Shown: positions 28,126 to 41,110 of the stretch, piece after piece | How positions within the stretch are numbered: the first letter of the stretch is position 1 | Layout of the letters: each line of letters starts with the position of its first letter | Source: Octopus vulgaris | Lineage: Eukaryota | Direction of reading: 5' to 3' | Length of the DNA stretch: 64,000 nucleotides | Assembly (NCBI GenBank): GCA_951406725.2 | Contig: OX597836.1 | Coordinates: 17,670,001-17,734,000 of the forward strand | Made by a program: the position numbers and the translations under genes | Notes under the pieces: generated by a model | What the model was told of the DNA's origin: nothing | What the model saw: the letters and a program-made list of their open reading frames with translations, nothing else | Database searches by the model: none

Positions 28126-28400
28126 ATTTTACTGGATATAAACTATATGCTTAATATATAAGTACTGTTTTAAGTGGAATTTTATTCCCCATCGATACTA
28201 GGTATTGAGCCAGCATTTCCTTGCATGCAACCATACATTCACGAAGTTAACGTATCCTCTAATTAAATTACACACATATATATATATATATATACATACT
28301 CTTGTTGGGTGTATGGGTGTTTGTGTGGGTGTGTATGTGTGTTAGTATTATAGCGGAGGAGGTGATCATGTATATAATATAATAATATATAAATATATTG

Positions 28401-28616
28401 TTTTCTACTTTAGGTACAAGGTCCGAAATATTTTTTGTGGGGGAAGGTCATTCGATTAGATCGATTCCAGTAATGCAACTGCTACTTAATTTATCGACCC
28501 CGAAAGGATGAAACGCAAAGTCGACCTCGGCGGAATTCGAACTCAGAACGTAAAAACAGACGAAATACCGCTTAGCGTTTCGCCCGGCGTGCTAACTTCT
28601 CTGCCAGATCGCCGCC
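28401..28616 (-). mobile_element. SINE family A
   Basis: Reverse complement of the GGCGGCGA..GGCAGA..GAGTTCGAATTCCGCCGAGG head. Confidence 0.88.
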
Positions 28617-29003
28617 TAATATATATATATATATAACCACCATCGTACTGCGCGATCACTTGTGGACCCCTCTACCCATGCTCTGTTGATATTGGCAGCA
28701 ATTTGGGAGGCATTGGGCCCAAGCTTGAACTCGTGGAAAAAAAAAGTAAGCGAATGTCCTATTTTGTCATGTTCATAATTAAAGGTGCTTATGCTTCAAG
28801 AATGTTTTCTGTCTGAAATAAGTAGAAAATTATTAAAGAGCATACATCAATTATTAAGTTTGTCGAAATTCACTTAAAATATGATTAAAATACTATGAGA
28901 AAATTGCGTTTGAAACGACAACACTTGGAGCGGCCATTATTTTCGGAACAACCTAATGAAAATGACATTTGGAAAAATCGCGTTTCATTTAAGGTTCAGT
29001 GTA

Positions 29004-29718
<715 letters not shown>

Positions 29719-30129
29719 TATATATATATATATAATCCTTAATTATAAGCTATTTTATGGATTTCCCTCTTATTTTAAATTGAATTTATATCTTATCTTT
29801 ATTTTTTAATTTGTATTTGTATTTTATTCAATTATCTATTCAGTTTACTAATATCAATTTACACACTGCTTATCTATAGCATTAGTATTGGTACATAATA
29901 CATTGTAATATATTGGAATTATACTCATGTACTTACTTTCGCATTTTCGTTTGTTTTACGCTCTAGAAGGATATATTGTTCTATTCTTACATTTATCTTA
30001 ACTCTACCTTCCTCCCCTTTGTAACGTTTATAGCATGTTCTTTATATATAATTTTTTATCAGTTAACGGCTTGGTGTCGTATACTCAACAAGCAGGAATA
30101 TGAACACCTAGTTGTATATCTTTAGCCAA

Positions 30130-30208
30130 CTCTGATGAGATTCGAATTTTAAATGTGTTTAATCATGGTAATTAATTTCTAAAGGTCTGGAATCGAAACA
30201 GCTGTCAG
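30130..30208 (+). ncRNA. Type I hammerhead ribozyme motif
   Basis: ct CTGATGA gattc...gaatc GAAAC agct GTC ag. Palindromic stem III ACAGCTGT; stem I is short or decayed. Confidence 0.68.
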
Positions 30209-30416
30209 AGATGATGTCTAATGTTCTAATTCATAAATAATTATTAATTAGCTCCTTATTTTCTTATCTTCTTAATATATATATAACCCACATTTTATTT
30301 AGTTACTGTAGAATCGAATATTAACAGTAATATTTAACAATTTTTAAATTGGTAACTAACCAGTATTTTCAGTGGATTTTATTATCATTTACTGAGATTT
30401 GTAACCTTTTTTTGAA

Positions 30417-30473
<57 letters not shown>

Positions 30474-30655
30474 ATTAGGGCTTAGTAAAATAAATTACTT
30501 TGCCACATACTGAACTTAGTAGAAATAGCAGCCAAAAAAAATTTTTTTAGCCATTTCTACTACTTAAAGAAAATTTCTCTCAGATAATGTTTACTCCAGA
30601 CAGCTCACGAAGGTTTGGAGGTAAATACAGAAAAATATCACAAGTACATAGATCG

Positions 30656-30718
30656 TTTGAGTACGTCAACGTTTCAAGATTAGCCAAATAAAATCAGCAT
30701 TTCTTTCGTCAGCTCAAA
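30656..30718 (-). ncRNA. Type I hammerhead ribozyme, intact core (copy 1)
   Basis: Minus strand: tttgag CTGACGA aaga...tctt GAAAC gttgac GTA ctcaaa. 6-bp stem I, stem II extended by gctga/ttggc, GUA site. Confidence 0.85.
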
Positions 30719-31216
30719 ATTTCTTAATTTGGATTTGGAAACACTAAAAAGAAGGAACTTTACCTATCGGCGAACTTGTCGCTTCAAATGAACCAGCTCC
30801 AACTGCCAGTGCCAACAAATTCAAAATGCGCAGGCGTAAATTTCTGCACTCCTTTTCCACCCACGTGGTCTATCTAGCAAACATTATATTTTAACCGCGA
30901 GAACCGAGGCAGTATGACAGAGAGAAATGAATTATAATATCAACAATTGAGGGTAAAATTAATTAATCAATTTCACCAAGTGTTCAGTATGTAAAAGGAC
31001 CATTTAAGACGAATTCAAAATATTACATTACATAATTAGGGCTTAGTAAAATAAATTACTTTGCCACATACTGAACTTAGTAGAAATAGCAGCCAAAAAA
31101 AATTTTTTTAGCCATTTCTACTACTTAAAGAAAATTTCTCTCAGATAATGTTTACTCCAGACAGCTCACGAAGGTTTGGAGGTAAATACAGAAAAATATC
31201 ACAAGTACATAGATCG

Positions 31217-31279
31217 TTTGAGTACGTCAACGTTTCAAGATTAGCCAAATAAAATCAGCATTTCTTTCGTCAGCTCAAA
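31217..31279 (-). ncRNA. Type I hammerhead ribozyme, intact core (copy 2)
   Basis: Identical to 30656-30718 and exactly 561 bp away. Confidence 0.85.
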
Positions 31280-31626
31280 ATTTCTTAATTTGGATTTGGA
31301 AACACTAAAAAGAAGGAACTTTACCTATCGGCGAACTTGTCGCTTCAAATGAACCAGCTCCAACTGCCAGTGCCAACAAATTCAAAATGCGCAGGCGTAA
31401 ATTTCTGCACTCCTTTTCCACCCACGTGGTCTATCTAGCAAACATTATATTTTAACCGCGAGAACCGAGGCAGTATGACAGAGAGAAATGAATTATAATA
31501 TCAACAATTGAGGGTAAAATTAATTAATCAATTTCACCAAGTGTTCAGTATGTAAAAGGACCATTTAAGGCGAATTCAAATTATATAATTAGGGCTTAGT
31601 AAAATAAATTACTTTGCCAATATATA

Positions 31627-31854
31627 TATTTCTTTACTATCCACAAGGGGCTCAACATAGAGGGGACAAACAAGGACAGACAAACGGATTAAGTCGATTA
31701 CATCGACCCCAGTGCGAAATTGGTACTTTATTTATCGACCCCGAAAGGATGAAAGGCAAAGCCTACCTCGGCGGAATTTGAACTCAGAACGTAACGTCAG
31801 ACGAAATACCGCTAAGCATTTCGCCCGGGGCGCTAACGTTTCTGCCAGCTCGCC
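31627..31854 (-). mobile_element. SINE family A
   Basis: Full-length reverse complement of family A. Confidence 0.92.
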
Positions 31855-31855
31855 T

Positions 31856-31929
<74 letters not shown>

Positions 31930-31931
31930 AC

Positions 31932-32264
31932 GATGCATGATTCAGTGGTTAGAGCGTCGAGCTTACGATCGTGAGTTTGTGAGCTCGAATCCCGGACCGG
32001 GCTGTGTGTTGTGTTCTTGAGCAAGGCACTTTATTTCACGTTGCTCCAGTTCACTCAGCCGTAGAAATGAGTTGTGAGGTCACTGGTGCCAAGCTGTATC
32101 GACCCCTTTACTTTTCCCTTGGATAACACTGGTGGCGTGGAGAGGGGAGGCCAGTATGCATGGGCGACTGCCGGTCTTCCATAAACAACCTTGCCCGGAC
32201 TTGTGCATGGGAGAGTAACTTTCTAGGTGCAATCTCATGGTCACTCATGACCGAAGGGGCTCTC
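31932..32264 (+). mobile_element. tRNA-derived SINE family C (tRNA-Arg-like head)
   Basis: TCAGTGGTTAGAGCGTCGAGCTTACGATC...GAGCTCGAATCCCGG, then TGTGTTCTTGAGCAAGGCACTT. Fragments at about 59015-59113 (-) and 27370-27460 (-). Confidence 0.82.
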
Positions 32265-32265
32265 A

Positions 32266-32426
<161 letters not shown>

Positions 32427-32992
32427 TGCACCTCTCTACTCTTTATATGCTTTTCTAAAATATATAGGTCTAATAATTCTCTTGCATTTGCTCCGAAGAA
32501 CCTCTTGTAATATAATTGAGATGTTAGTTTTCTTTCTTTAATCTAGCTGAATGATTGTAAAATAAGATGTACTATCTCCAGTGCATAATGACGTATATTA
32601 TTGTCCAATAATCTTAGGTGGTTAATCTTATAGCAAAACCAGTGTTTTTATAAGTAGGGCATTTCCAACTGATGGCTAGAATTCTACAATATGGGTTTAT
32701 GAGACTCTCATTATCTTTATGGTGTCTAGCCAATCGATGACGCATGCAGTGTTGCATTAGTTTTGTCATTCGCCTAAATTTGAAGCTGATATCCTCTGGG
32801 TTATTTTGAGTTACTACACACAATTTGCCACTCACTGTGTTGATTGCATTTCATCCCGGGGTTAAGAAAAATTTTGTTTTTGATCTATCAGTGTCATGTA
32901 TAGTTGTTAACTTACTCGGTTTTCTGTTCTGTAAACGTATTGCTCATTACTGATTCACTGTTGATTGCATTGAATATGTTGAAATAGCCTTG

Positions 32993-33417
32993 TATGTATG
33001 TGTCTATCTATGTATGTATGTGTGTATATGTATGTATGTGCATGTATATATGTATGTATGTATGTATGAATGTATGTATGTATGTATGTATGTATGTATG
33101 TGTGTGTATGTATGTATATGTGTGTATGTATGTATGTGTGAGTATGTATGTGTGTATGTATATATGTGTGTATGTATGTATGTAGGTGTGTATGAATGTA
33201 TGTATGTATGTGTCTGTATGTATGCATGTATGTGTATGTATGTATGTATGTGTGTATGAATGTATGTATGTATGTATGTGTGTGTATGTATGTATGTATG
33301 TATGTGTATGTATGTATGTATGTGTGTATGAATGTATATATGTATGCATGTATATGTGCATGTATGTATATAGTCATATATATATATATGGATGTAATTA
33401 TGATGTCCAAGTGAACT

Positions 33418-33471
<54 letters not shown>

Positions 33472-33500
33472 GTTTGTCTGTCTTTCTGTCTGTCTATCTA
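32993..33500. repeat. (TATG)n/(TATC)n block
   Basis: Directly visible. Confidence 0.93.
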
Positions 33501-33834
33501 TTACATAATCATATATACACATTATATACACATATATAATTAACTATATTTTGATAATCATATACATACACACACACATATATATGTACTCACTATGCAT
33601 ATATAAATACATATATGTATATGTTTATACTTATCCATGAATGAATATACGCGTGTGTGTATTTGCACGTGTGTATATATCATTTGTCATCATAATATAT
33701 ACACCCAATTTCTCATTTATTCTTTTGTTCTATATTCAAGTTTTACCATTTAACTTTGAAAAGATTTATATAACAATGATATGAAAGGGTTTGCGATTCA
33801 GAGAAGGGCTCGTATGAATAAATGAGGGCTTTGA

Positions 33835-33845
33835 AAGAGAGAGAT

Positions 33846-33900
<55 letters not shown>

Positions 33901-34320
33901 GAGAGTGAGAAAGAGAGTAGGAGGGGAGTGAGTGGGTGAGTCAGAGAGAGAGAGAGTGAGTGACTCAGAGAGAGTGACAGAGAGCGAGAGTGAGAGAGAG
34001 CGAGAACGAGAGATAGAGAGAGAGAGAGAGCGAGAGAGAGAGAGAGAGAGCGAGAGAGCGAGTGAGTGAGTCAGAGAGAGAGAGAGAGAGAGTGAGAGAG
34101 ATTGTGAGGGCAGAGAGTGGGTGAGACAGTGAGTGGGTAAGTCAGAGAGAGAGAGAGAAAGAGAGATCGAGAGTGAGAGAGATAGAGATAGAGAAAGCGA
34201 GAGGGAGAGAAAGAGTGAGAGAGCGAGCGAACGAGTGAATGAGTCAGAGAGAGAAAGAGAGAGAGAGCGAGAGAAAGACGAAGTGAGAGAGAGAGAGATA
34301 AATAGAGAAAGAGAGAGTAG
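33835..34320. repeat. (GA)n-derived purine-rich tract
   Basis: Directly visible. Confidence 0.93.
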
Positions 34321-34681
34321 TAGTGGGATTGGGGAACACACTATGTTACAAATAGATGTAGTTGTATATGAATAGAAAATAGAAAGAAATCGTGTGGAGA
34401 AGAAGGAGCGAATGAGCAGAGGAGAGAGGAATGGGTGGAGTAGTGAAAGTGAAAGCGCAAAAGAGTGGGGGGAGGAACAGTGGGAGGTGGTGCGCGATTC
34501 AGATACCAAAGTGCACAGGTGCCGAAGTGCAGTGTAGTTGCCAACGTTGTCATATTTTGCACAATGTCACCGCATTCCTTCTTTGTATAAAGTGCGTCTT
34601 GCTCTTGACACCTGCAGTTGCTGTTGTCCTTGCTGTTGTTACTGTTGCTGCTGTTGTCTTTGTTCTTACTCTTATGATTGT

Positions 34682-34717
<36 letters not shown>

Positions 34718-34928
34718 GCATCGTATCGAAAGCCTTATACCAAAATTTTTCGATTTTCCGAAATGTAATGGTTATAGAATTCTTATATGACATTTTCTTA
34801 TTTCTTTTACACAGTTCTTATTGTTCTTCTCGAACTTTGCAAGACCTTTTGAGCAGCAGAATTTCGGTATTAGAGGCCAGAGAATCCAGTGCCCCATAGT
34901 GTGGTTTGCTAATTCATATTTTCCCGTT

Positions 34929-35030
34929 GGCAAAGTCGACCTCGGCGGAATTTGAACTCAGAACGTAACGACAGAGGAAATACCGCTAAGCATTTCGCCC
35001 GGTGTGCTAAAGTTTCTGCCAGCTCGCCGC
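34929..35030 (-). mobile_element. SINE family A head fragment
   Basis: GGCAAAGTCGACCTCGGCGGAATTTGAACTCAG...TCTGCCAGCTCGCCGCC. Confidence 0.85.
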
Positions 35031-35319
35031 CCTTATATCATCATCTGGCCGAAGCAACGTTTGATTGTCCGTGATCAATATTGAATACTTCACGGTCTTT
35101 TGAGCTACGAGAGTAAGGTAATACAGGAGGGACAAAGTAGTGGTCCGAAGAATGGAATGCTTCGACACACTCACCAGTCGTTCTGTCAGATTTGTAGCTC
35201 CATCTGACCAAAGCAACCATTTTCATTAGCATCAAGTTTGCCCATCAAGCTCCACAAAGCGTTGTTACAAATTGCTTTGTTACATGCTGACTGCCAGTTT
35301 CGTCCAGCTAAAGCTGTAG

Positions 35320-35351
<32 letters not shown>

Positions 35352-35391
35352 TTATATTGACTGCCAGCGTCGGTGTGTTTGTGTGTGTATG

Positions 35392-35444
<53 letters not shown>

Positions 35445-35449
<5 letters not shown>

Positions 35450-35747
35450 AAAAACGGTAAGATAACAAAAGAAAGAAAGAGACCTCAATAATATGTAAAT
35501 AGAGGAAATTTATCTATAAAATAATATGTTACAATTACTCAATAGTCAAGATAAAATTTTAATCTTATTTTATTTTATATAAGTAGCAGAATTATTACAC
35601 AGTAATTTCCCTTTATATAATGGTATTTTTTCATACCGTTTTTTCAGATGGCCAGATAACCGAAGAGATGGTGTTGTGGATTTCCACTTCGGCATCTGAA
35701 ACTCAGAGTTTTATCTTGACTATTGAGTAATTGTAACATATTATTTC

Positions 35748-35748
<1 letters not shown>
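35445..35748. mobile_element. Penelope-like terminal element with inverted tail and a variant hammerhead (35655-35715, +)
   Basis: 37-bp inverted repeat at about 35520-35556 and 35709-35745; gataa CCGAAGA gatg..catc t GAAAC tcaga GTT ttatc; second copy at 53815-54065. Confidence 0.68.
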
Positions 35749-35835
<87 letters not shown>

Positions 35836-36370
35836 ACATATATATCTATATAATACTTATAATAATATATATTTATATAATACTTATATATATACAAGCA
35901 AACACGCAGACATGCGGTCGCGCGCACCTACCCACCCACGCCCACACACATTTATACACATGTATATATATATACATATTCCGTAAAAATTCGATGAAGA
36001 GAGATCTATTTATCAGACCGAAAAAAAAACCAACAAAACATTACTTGATAGATGGGATGCACAACCAACTCTGTAGGCGGTGACACAATATGGCTGCACA
36101 TCAGTGACCAATTGCGTAATATTGATAAACATAAACTCTTAAAAATTAATTCAATTAAAATGTCCGCTACTGAAAGTAAACATTTACACAGAACAGATGT
36201 AAGCGATTCCTGTTCGACTTCAAGTCAAATAATATAGTAAAAACATATGAAGACAAACAAAAGCCAGCTGATTTATATTATTAATATTATCACGAAAGTA
36301 AAATCTCGCCCGACAAACCTAATGATAAGTGACAGGCAAGAAAAGCTGGTCAGACATACATGCATATATA

Positions 36371-36412
<42 letters not shown>

Positions 36413-36415
36413 ATG

Positions 36416-36479
<64 letters not shown>

Positions 36480-36486
36480 TATATAT

Positions 36487-36593
<107 letters not shown>

Positions 36594-36842
36594 ATGTATT
36601 AATATACATACATATATATATATACATATATATATATATTTATATGTGTGTATATAGATATACATACATATATATATATACATATGTATATTTATATGTG
36701 TGTATATAGATATACATATATATGTATGTATATATATGTATATATGTATGGTTATATATACATACATAAATAAATATATGTGTATATCAATATATACAAA
36801 TATATGTAGACACCCACAAATATATACATATATGTGTATATA

Positions 36843-36893
<51 letters not shown>

Positions 36894-36989
36894 AAGCAAT
36901 AACAAAATGGAAGGGATCGATAGGTGGTTCATCAACTTTTAGACATTATATTCTGTCAACTTATTTATTTATTTACTAAACTGACATAT

Positions 36990-37227
36990 TCTTTTATTCT
37001 TGTTGTTTCACTCATTTGACTGCGGCCAAGCTGGGGCGCCACCTTTAGTCGAACAAAACGGCCCCAGATCTAATTCTTTCAAGCCTAGGACTTATTCTAT
37101 CGGGTCCATTTGCCGCACTGCTAAGATACGGGGACGTAATCACACCAACATTGGTTGTCAAGCGATGGTGGGAAGGCAAATACCGACACACAAACACTCC
37201 ACACGCATATAGGATAGGCTTCTTTCA
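36990..37227 (-). mobile_element. Diverged SINE family B, 3' part
   Basis: TTTGACTGCGGCC...CTAAGATACGGGGACGTAA..CACCAACATTGGTTGTCAAGCGATG. Confidence 0.78.
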
Positions 37228-37385
37228 GTGTCATCTGCTGGTATTGATAAATCAATTAAAAAGCATATTTTACCTTCATGATCTCTGACAACTATATCTG
37301 GTCTGTTAGCCTTAATTTCTCTATCTGTGTGTATTGGATTATCCCAGAGTATGGTTGCTTTCTCGTTTTCTGTGACCCTTTCTGG
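37228..37385 (-). pseudogene. R4/Dong-like non-LTR retrotransposon remnant, restriction-like endonuclease region
   Basis: Hand translation PERVTENEKATILWDNPIHTDREIKANRPDIVVRDHEGKICF/(frameshift)LIDLSIPADD contains the WD...NRPD...ID RLE motif. Confidence 0.85.
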
Positions 37386-37476
<91 letters not shown>

Positions 37477-37494
37477 CATTATTATCATCATTCA

Positions 37495-37710
37495 GTAGTA
37501 TCTTTTTTATAGCGTGCTTTCACTTCACTACCGAGCGCAGCTCTGTGTGCCTTGGATATGTGCTGTGATTTTTTGTGATGCTCTGATGGTTACTGTATGG
37601 AAAGTGTTCTGCGTAAGATGTGTGCAGTGCTTAGTAGTGCAATTTTCTGTATGTTATATGTGTTTGTAAGTCCTGGTGTTTTTGTTATGTATTTATCTGA
37701 ATATTTTTTT
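37495..37710 (-). mobile_element. R4/Dong-like retrotransposon 3' end (ORF C-terminus plus 3' UTR) within (TAA)n
   Basis: KKYSDKYITKTPGLTNTYNIQKIALLSTAHILRRTLSIQ* (stop at 37590-37592); (TAA)n on both sides, which is the known Dong target. Confidence 0.82.
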
Positions 37711-37739
37711 ATTATTATTTATTATTATTATTTTTATTA

Positions 37740-37830
<91 letters not shown>

Positions 37831-38504
37831 GTAGTAGTAGTAGTAGTAGTAGTAGTATTATTTTTATCATTATTATAATAATATTTATATATATATATAT
37901 ATATATATATAAATGCAGTTTTATATAATTGCATGTAGATAAGTGGGTGAACTTACAATATCTAGGTACATGCAGAGTCTCAATTGTTATTGATGTTATG
38001 TTATACATGTATAATTAAGTATGCAAGGAGGAGGTTAATGTGGAAAACATATTGTACAGATAACCATTGCAGTGGGTATTATAAATTATTGTATTAAGTT
38101 GATATTATTTGGTTTGGATTTGGGATTACATTTTTTAAAAACATGTTATTTAAAAATTATTGATGGCAAGTTAACTATTAAAGATTAAGAATTAAATCTT
38201 AAAGAGTTAAATAATATGGGAGTAAGAATATGGGTTATAAGTATATCTCTAAGAAGAAATGGTATTAAGAATGTGTTACAAAATGATAAATGAAGTTTAG
38301 TGAGTATAGAGGTATTACTTATTGTGTGATTTAAACGTTGAAGGCAGGATTTATATAAAAATTGTGAATAAGGTGGAATGTATGTATAATTAGAGTTATT
38401 AGATCTATATAGAATACATTACGGTATTTATATAAGATATATGATATATGATTATTACTTTGTGAGAACGAAAGTGGTGAATTATTTATATTTAGAAAAA
38501 ATAT

Positions 38505-39130
38505 ATTTGTGAACATTTGGGAAATTTTCTCGGATCTATCATTTAAAAGTTTATGCTTAGAGAAAAATATGTTGTATGTCTTACCTAGGCAAAGTGAGTA
38601 GGTTTTGGCCGGTGGTTTGTACGCACGAGCGTTGTTTAAAATTTTCCATATAATTTTGAAAGTTATATCTACTTAGGCCCGTGTTATTTTCATTATTAGC
38701 ATTTCTAAAGGAGATCTCATGATTCGCGAGACGTGATTTCATATAACACGCAGTTGCTCCGACATAATAGAAATATTTGCCTTGCAAAAAGGCGGCGAGC
38801 TGGCAGAAACGTTAGCACGCCGGGCGAAATGCGTAGCCGTATTTCGTCTGCCGTTACGTTCTGAGTTCAAATTCCGCCAGGTCCACTTTGCCTTTCATCC
38901 TTTCGGGGTCAATTAAATAAGTACCAGTTGCGCACTGGGGTCGATATAATCGACTTAATCCGTTTGTCTGTCCTTGTTTGTCCCCCCTGTGTTTAGCCCC
39001 TTGTGGGTAGTAAAGAAATAGACATATATGCCTTGCACTTCAGCTGTTGCTTGGTATACTAGGGTTTTACGTTTACAATAATTCTTAAATTCACATTTTT
39101 CTTTAACCCTACAATCACAGAAATCATTCA
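38505..39130 (-). pseudogene. Penelope-like GIY-YIG endonuclease remnant (CxC-x5-C-x5-C type) split by a SINE
   Basis: NDFCDCRVKEKCEFKNYCKRKTLVYQATAEVQG joins across the SINE to KYFYYVGATACYMKSRLANHEISF...LLNDRSE. Confidence 0.82.
38791..39020 (+). mobile_element. SINE family A with a 20-bp TSD
   Basis: ATAGAAATATTTGCCTTGCA (38767-38786) and ATAGACATATATGCCTTGCA (39018-39037). Confidence 0.93.
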
Positions 39131-39351
39131 AATAGTTATTAGATGTGTTATTTTTGTTTGTATTATTGTTTATGTATTGTCTACATATATCATGTCTGTC
39201 ATTTATGTTTGTTTGGATATCATTTGTGTTCTTATTTGGAGGGAGATTATTTCTATTTGTGTATTATGCATCAAGTTTTACATTACTAAAATATTGTTAT
39301 TGTTATTTATAACTTCTTTCAATTAACTATAATCTTACTTCGTTATCCCCA

Positions 39352-39758
39352 CCCGCAGTCTCCATGGAATACAAGACAGGGAAGTACAGTTTCCTCTGTT
39401 TCTGGATCTGAACTAGTGCATACGCTGGGAGTATCTTCCCTTGAAGTAATTTGCTGTCATACTTGCATAGTGCCTAGTAATACCATTGGATGATGTAAGG
39501 GTGGCTCTGTATACTACGGTCCTTGCGAGGCAAGTTCCTTCTACAGTATACATGGTGGGTTTTCGACAGTTGCAGTTTGGTGTTGATTTTTACGTCTGTG
39601 GATTTTTATGTCTATTGATGCGTACGATGTCAGATGCGATGTCGTCTAAGCAGGAGTACCTCACCTTGACATTATGGGGGTTGAAGTGTTTGTAATATAC
39701 AACTATTCCCTCTGGGGAAGTGTTTCTTAATTAGCGACAGGAGGCTCCTAGCTACATT
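39352..39758 (-). pseudogene. Second, distinct Penelope-like RT-linker/GIY-YIG remnant
   Basis: NVARSLLSLIKKHFPRGN/(frameshift)YKHFNPHNVKVRYSC...PNCNCRKP...GTCLARTVVYRATL...MTANYFKGRY...TSLSCIPW, with stops. Confidence 0.82.
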
Positions 39759-39764
39759 GATAAA

Positions 39765-40020
39765 AACTACAGTAAACAACACGAAATCCGAAAACAAATG
39801 AGTTCAATACGCAAACAACGAGAGAAACAAATGAAAAACAGGACAAGTAACACAAAGAACGACCCTTCATCAGTTGTCGGCTGTCTATCTACTCCTCATT
39901 TCGAGCACTGAACGACAATATGAGTCTTCAAAGATAGTTGCTCCCATAAATACCAAACTAAAATTTTGGATTTGAGGAGGGTCAAAGTTGGGAACAAAAA
40001 CAGTGGAGACATACAAGGTA
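39765..40020. mobile_element. Dispersed repeat fragment (probable Penelope-like terminus)
   Basis: GACAAGTAACAC..GACCCTTCATCAGTTGTCGGCTGTC..CTCATTTCGAGCA is shared with about 21700-21815. Confidence 0.55.
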
Positions 40021-40249
40021 ACTGAACGAAAAAAATCATGGATTACCTTAACTGAATGATTGTCAAGGAAATCAACTTAACGATTTAGTATTGATGATAT
40101 GTTATTGCATGAAGATTGCACTCATTGAAACTTAGGTGCATGGTGATGACCGTGATTGTTAGGTAGTTGCGTCTATGTAATTATGTGTGCGTGTATACAC
40201 ACACATACATACGCACACACACGAGCGCACACACAAACACGTATTTATG

Positions 40250-40440
40250 CAGAGGTTATTTCTCTTCTCCCCCTAACATTTCCTTCTTTTTTATGCCGTT
40301 CTTTCTTTATATTTTTTCTTCTGATGAAGTTCCTGCATCCGAAACGTCAAGACTCTTTCCTTTCTTTTAAGTGTTGAACTAATACAACATTGGGTTAAAC
40401 GTTTTCGTGTCATTTTGTCTTCTTGTTCGCTCATCACTTT
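40250..40440 (+). mobile_element. Penelope-like terminus with a minimal hammerhead-like motif (40317-40352)
   Basis: tctt CTGATGA A g...c GAAAC GTC aaga; ends in (TA)n; stem II is decayed. Confidence 0.55.
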
Positions 40441-40794
40441 ATATATATATATGGGTAACTTATATCATATCTTGATTCTGTGTGAACTGAGATCTCCTTT
40501 GACAGACCACTGATATGAACTAAGGTGTTCAACACTTATGGTGTGAAAGCAACTGCATTTGTTGTGTATATAAACATATTGTCAGCTTGTTTCTCTGGCG
40601 TTGTTCAATTAATGTAGACATCTCCTACGAGAATCCAATAAGTGTTGAAAATCAAACAAGTTTGTTTATCAATTATTTCAATCAGTTGAGAAATGGAGAA
40701 ATTTGCCCTGCTTTCTATGTCTACTACATAACGTAAATGTATGTGTGCGTGCGTGTGTGTGTCTGAGTGATTGTTTATGGATAGAATTGATATT

Positions 40795-41110
40795 TACTGC
40801 GAGGCACTTTGACCAAGTGCCTTCTACTATATTAGCCCTGTCGAGAAAGCCTTGTGAACGGATTTGATCACTGGAAACTGAAAAAAAAGAACCGCCGTTT
40901 ATGAGCGCGTGTCTGTGTGTGCGTGTGCATCATCGTGTTTGCTTTTTTCCCCCAAATGCTTCACAACTGATGTTGGGCTTTTTGCGTTTTCGTAACGTAG
41001 AGGTTCGGCTACGTGACCTACCCTACGGAGGAAGAGCCAGGCTTAAAAAAATAAGCACTATGCTTGATTCGTTCTGGGCTGTACCAGCATGGGTCTCATC
41101 CAATTATTAA
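40795..41110 (+). mobile_element. Old SINE family B
   Basis: CTGCGAGGCAC...AAGTGCCTTCTACTAT...GGAAACTGAAA...CCAGCATGG. Confidence 0.65.

Larger units (their letters stand above)
30471..31619 (-). mobile_element. 561-bp non-coding direct tandem repeat (two units plus a 35-bp start of a third) in (TA)n; retrozyme-like or Penelope pseudo-LTR tandem
   Basis: ATAATTAGGGCTTAGTAAAATAAATTACTTTGCCA starts at 30471, 31032 and 31585. The units are identical by eye except near the junction. The track lists no ORF here, and each unit has one hammerhead. Confidence 0.85.

Noticed and set aside
30471-31619. CRISPR array or LTR retrotransposon interpretation of the direct repeats
   Set aside because: The units are 561 bp and contiguous, with no spacers, no TG...CA ends, no primer-binding site and no internal region; the context is eukaryotic.
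31932-32005. Functional tRNA-Arg gene
   Set aside because: Acceptor and T stems are imperfect and the sequence runs into a SINE body present elsewhere in the window.
32460-32990. Possible third GIY-YIG remnant on the minus strand (CMRHRLARH; EVLRSKCKR)
   Set aside because: Only two short motif resemblances and no recoverable GIY-YIG core; too degenerate to call.
35040-35320. Unique-looking segment with a minus-strand GTGAGT donor-like site
   Set aside because: No frame yields a recognisable peptide and there is no clear acceptor.
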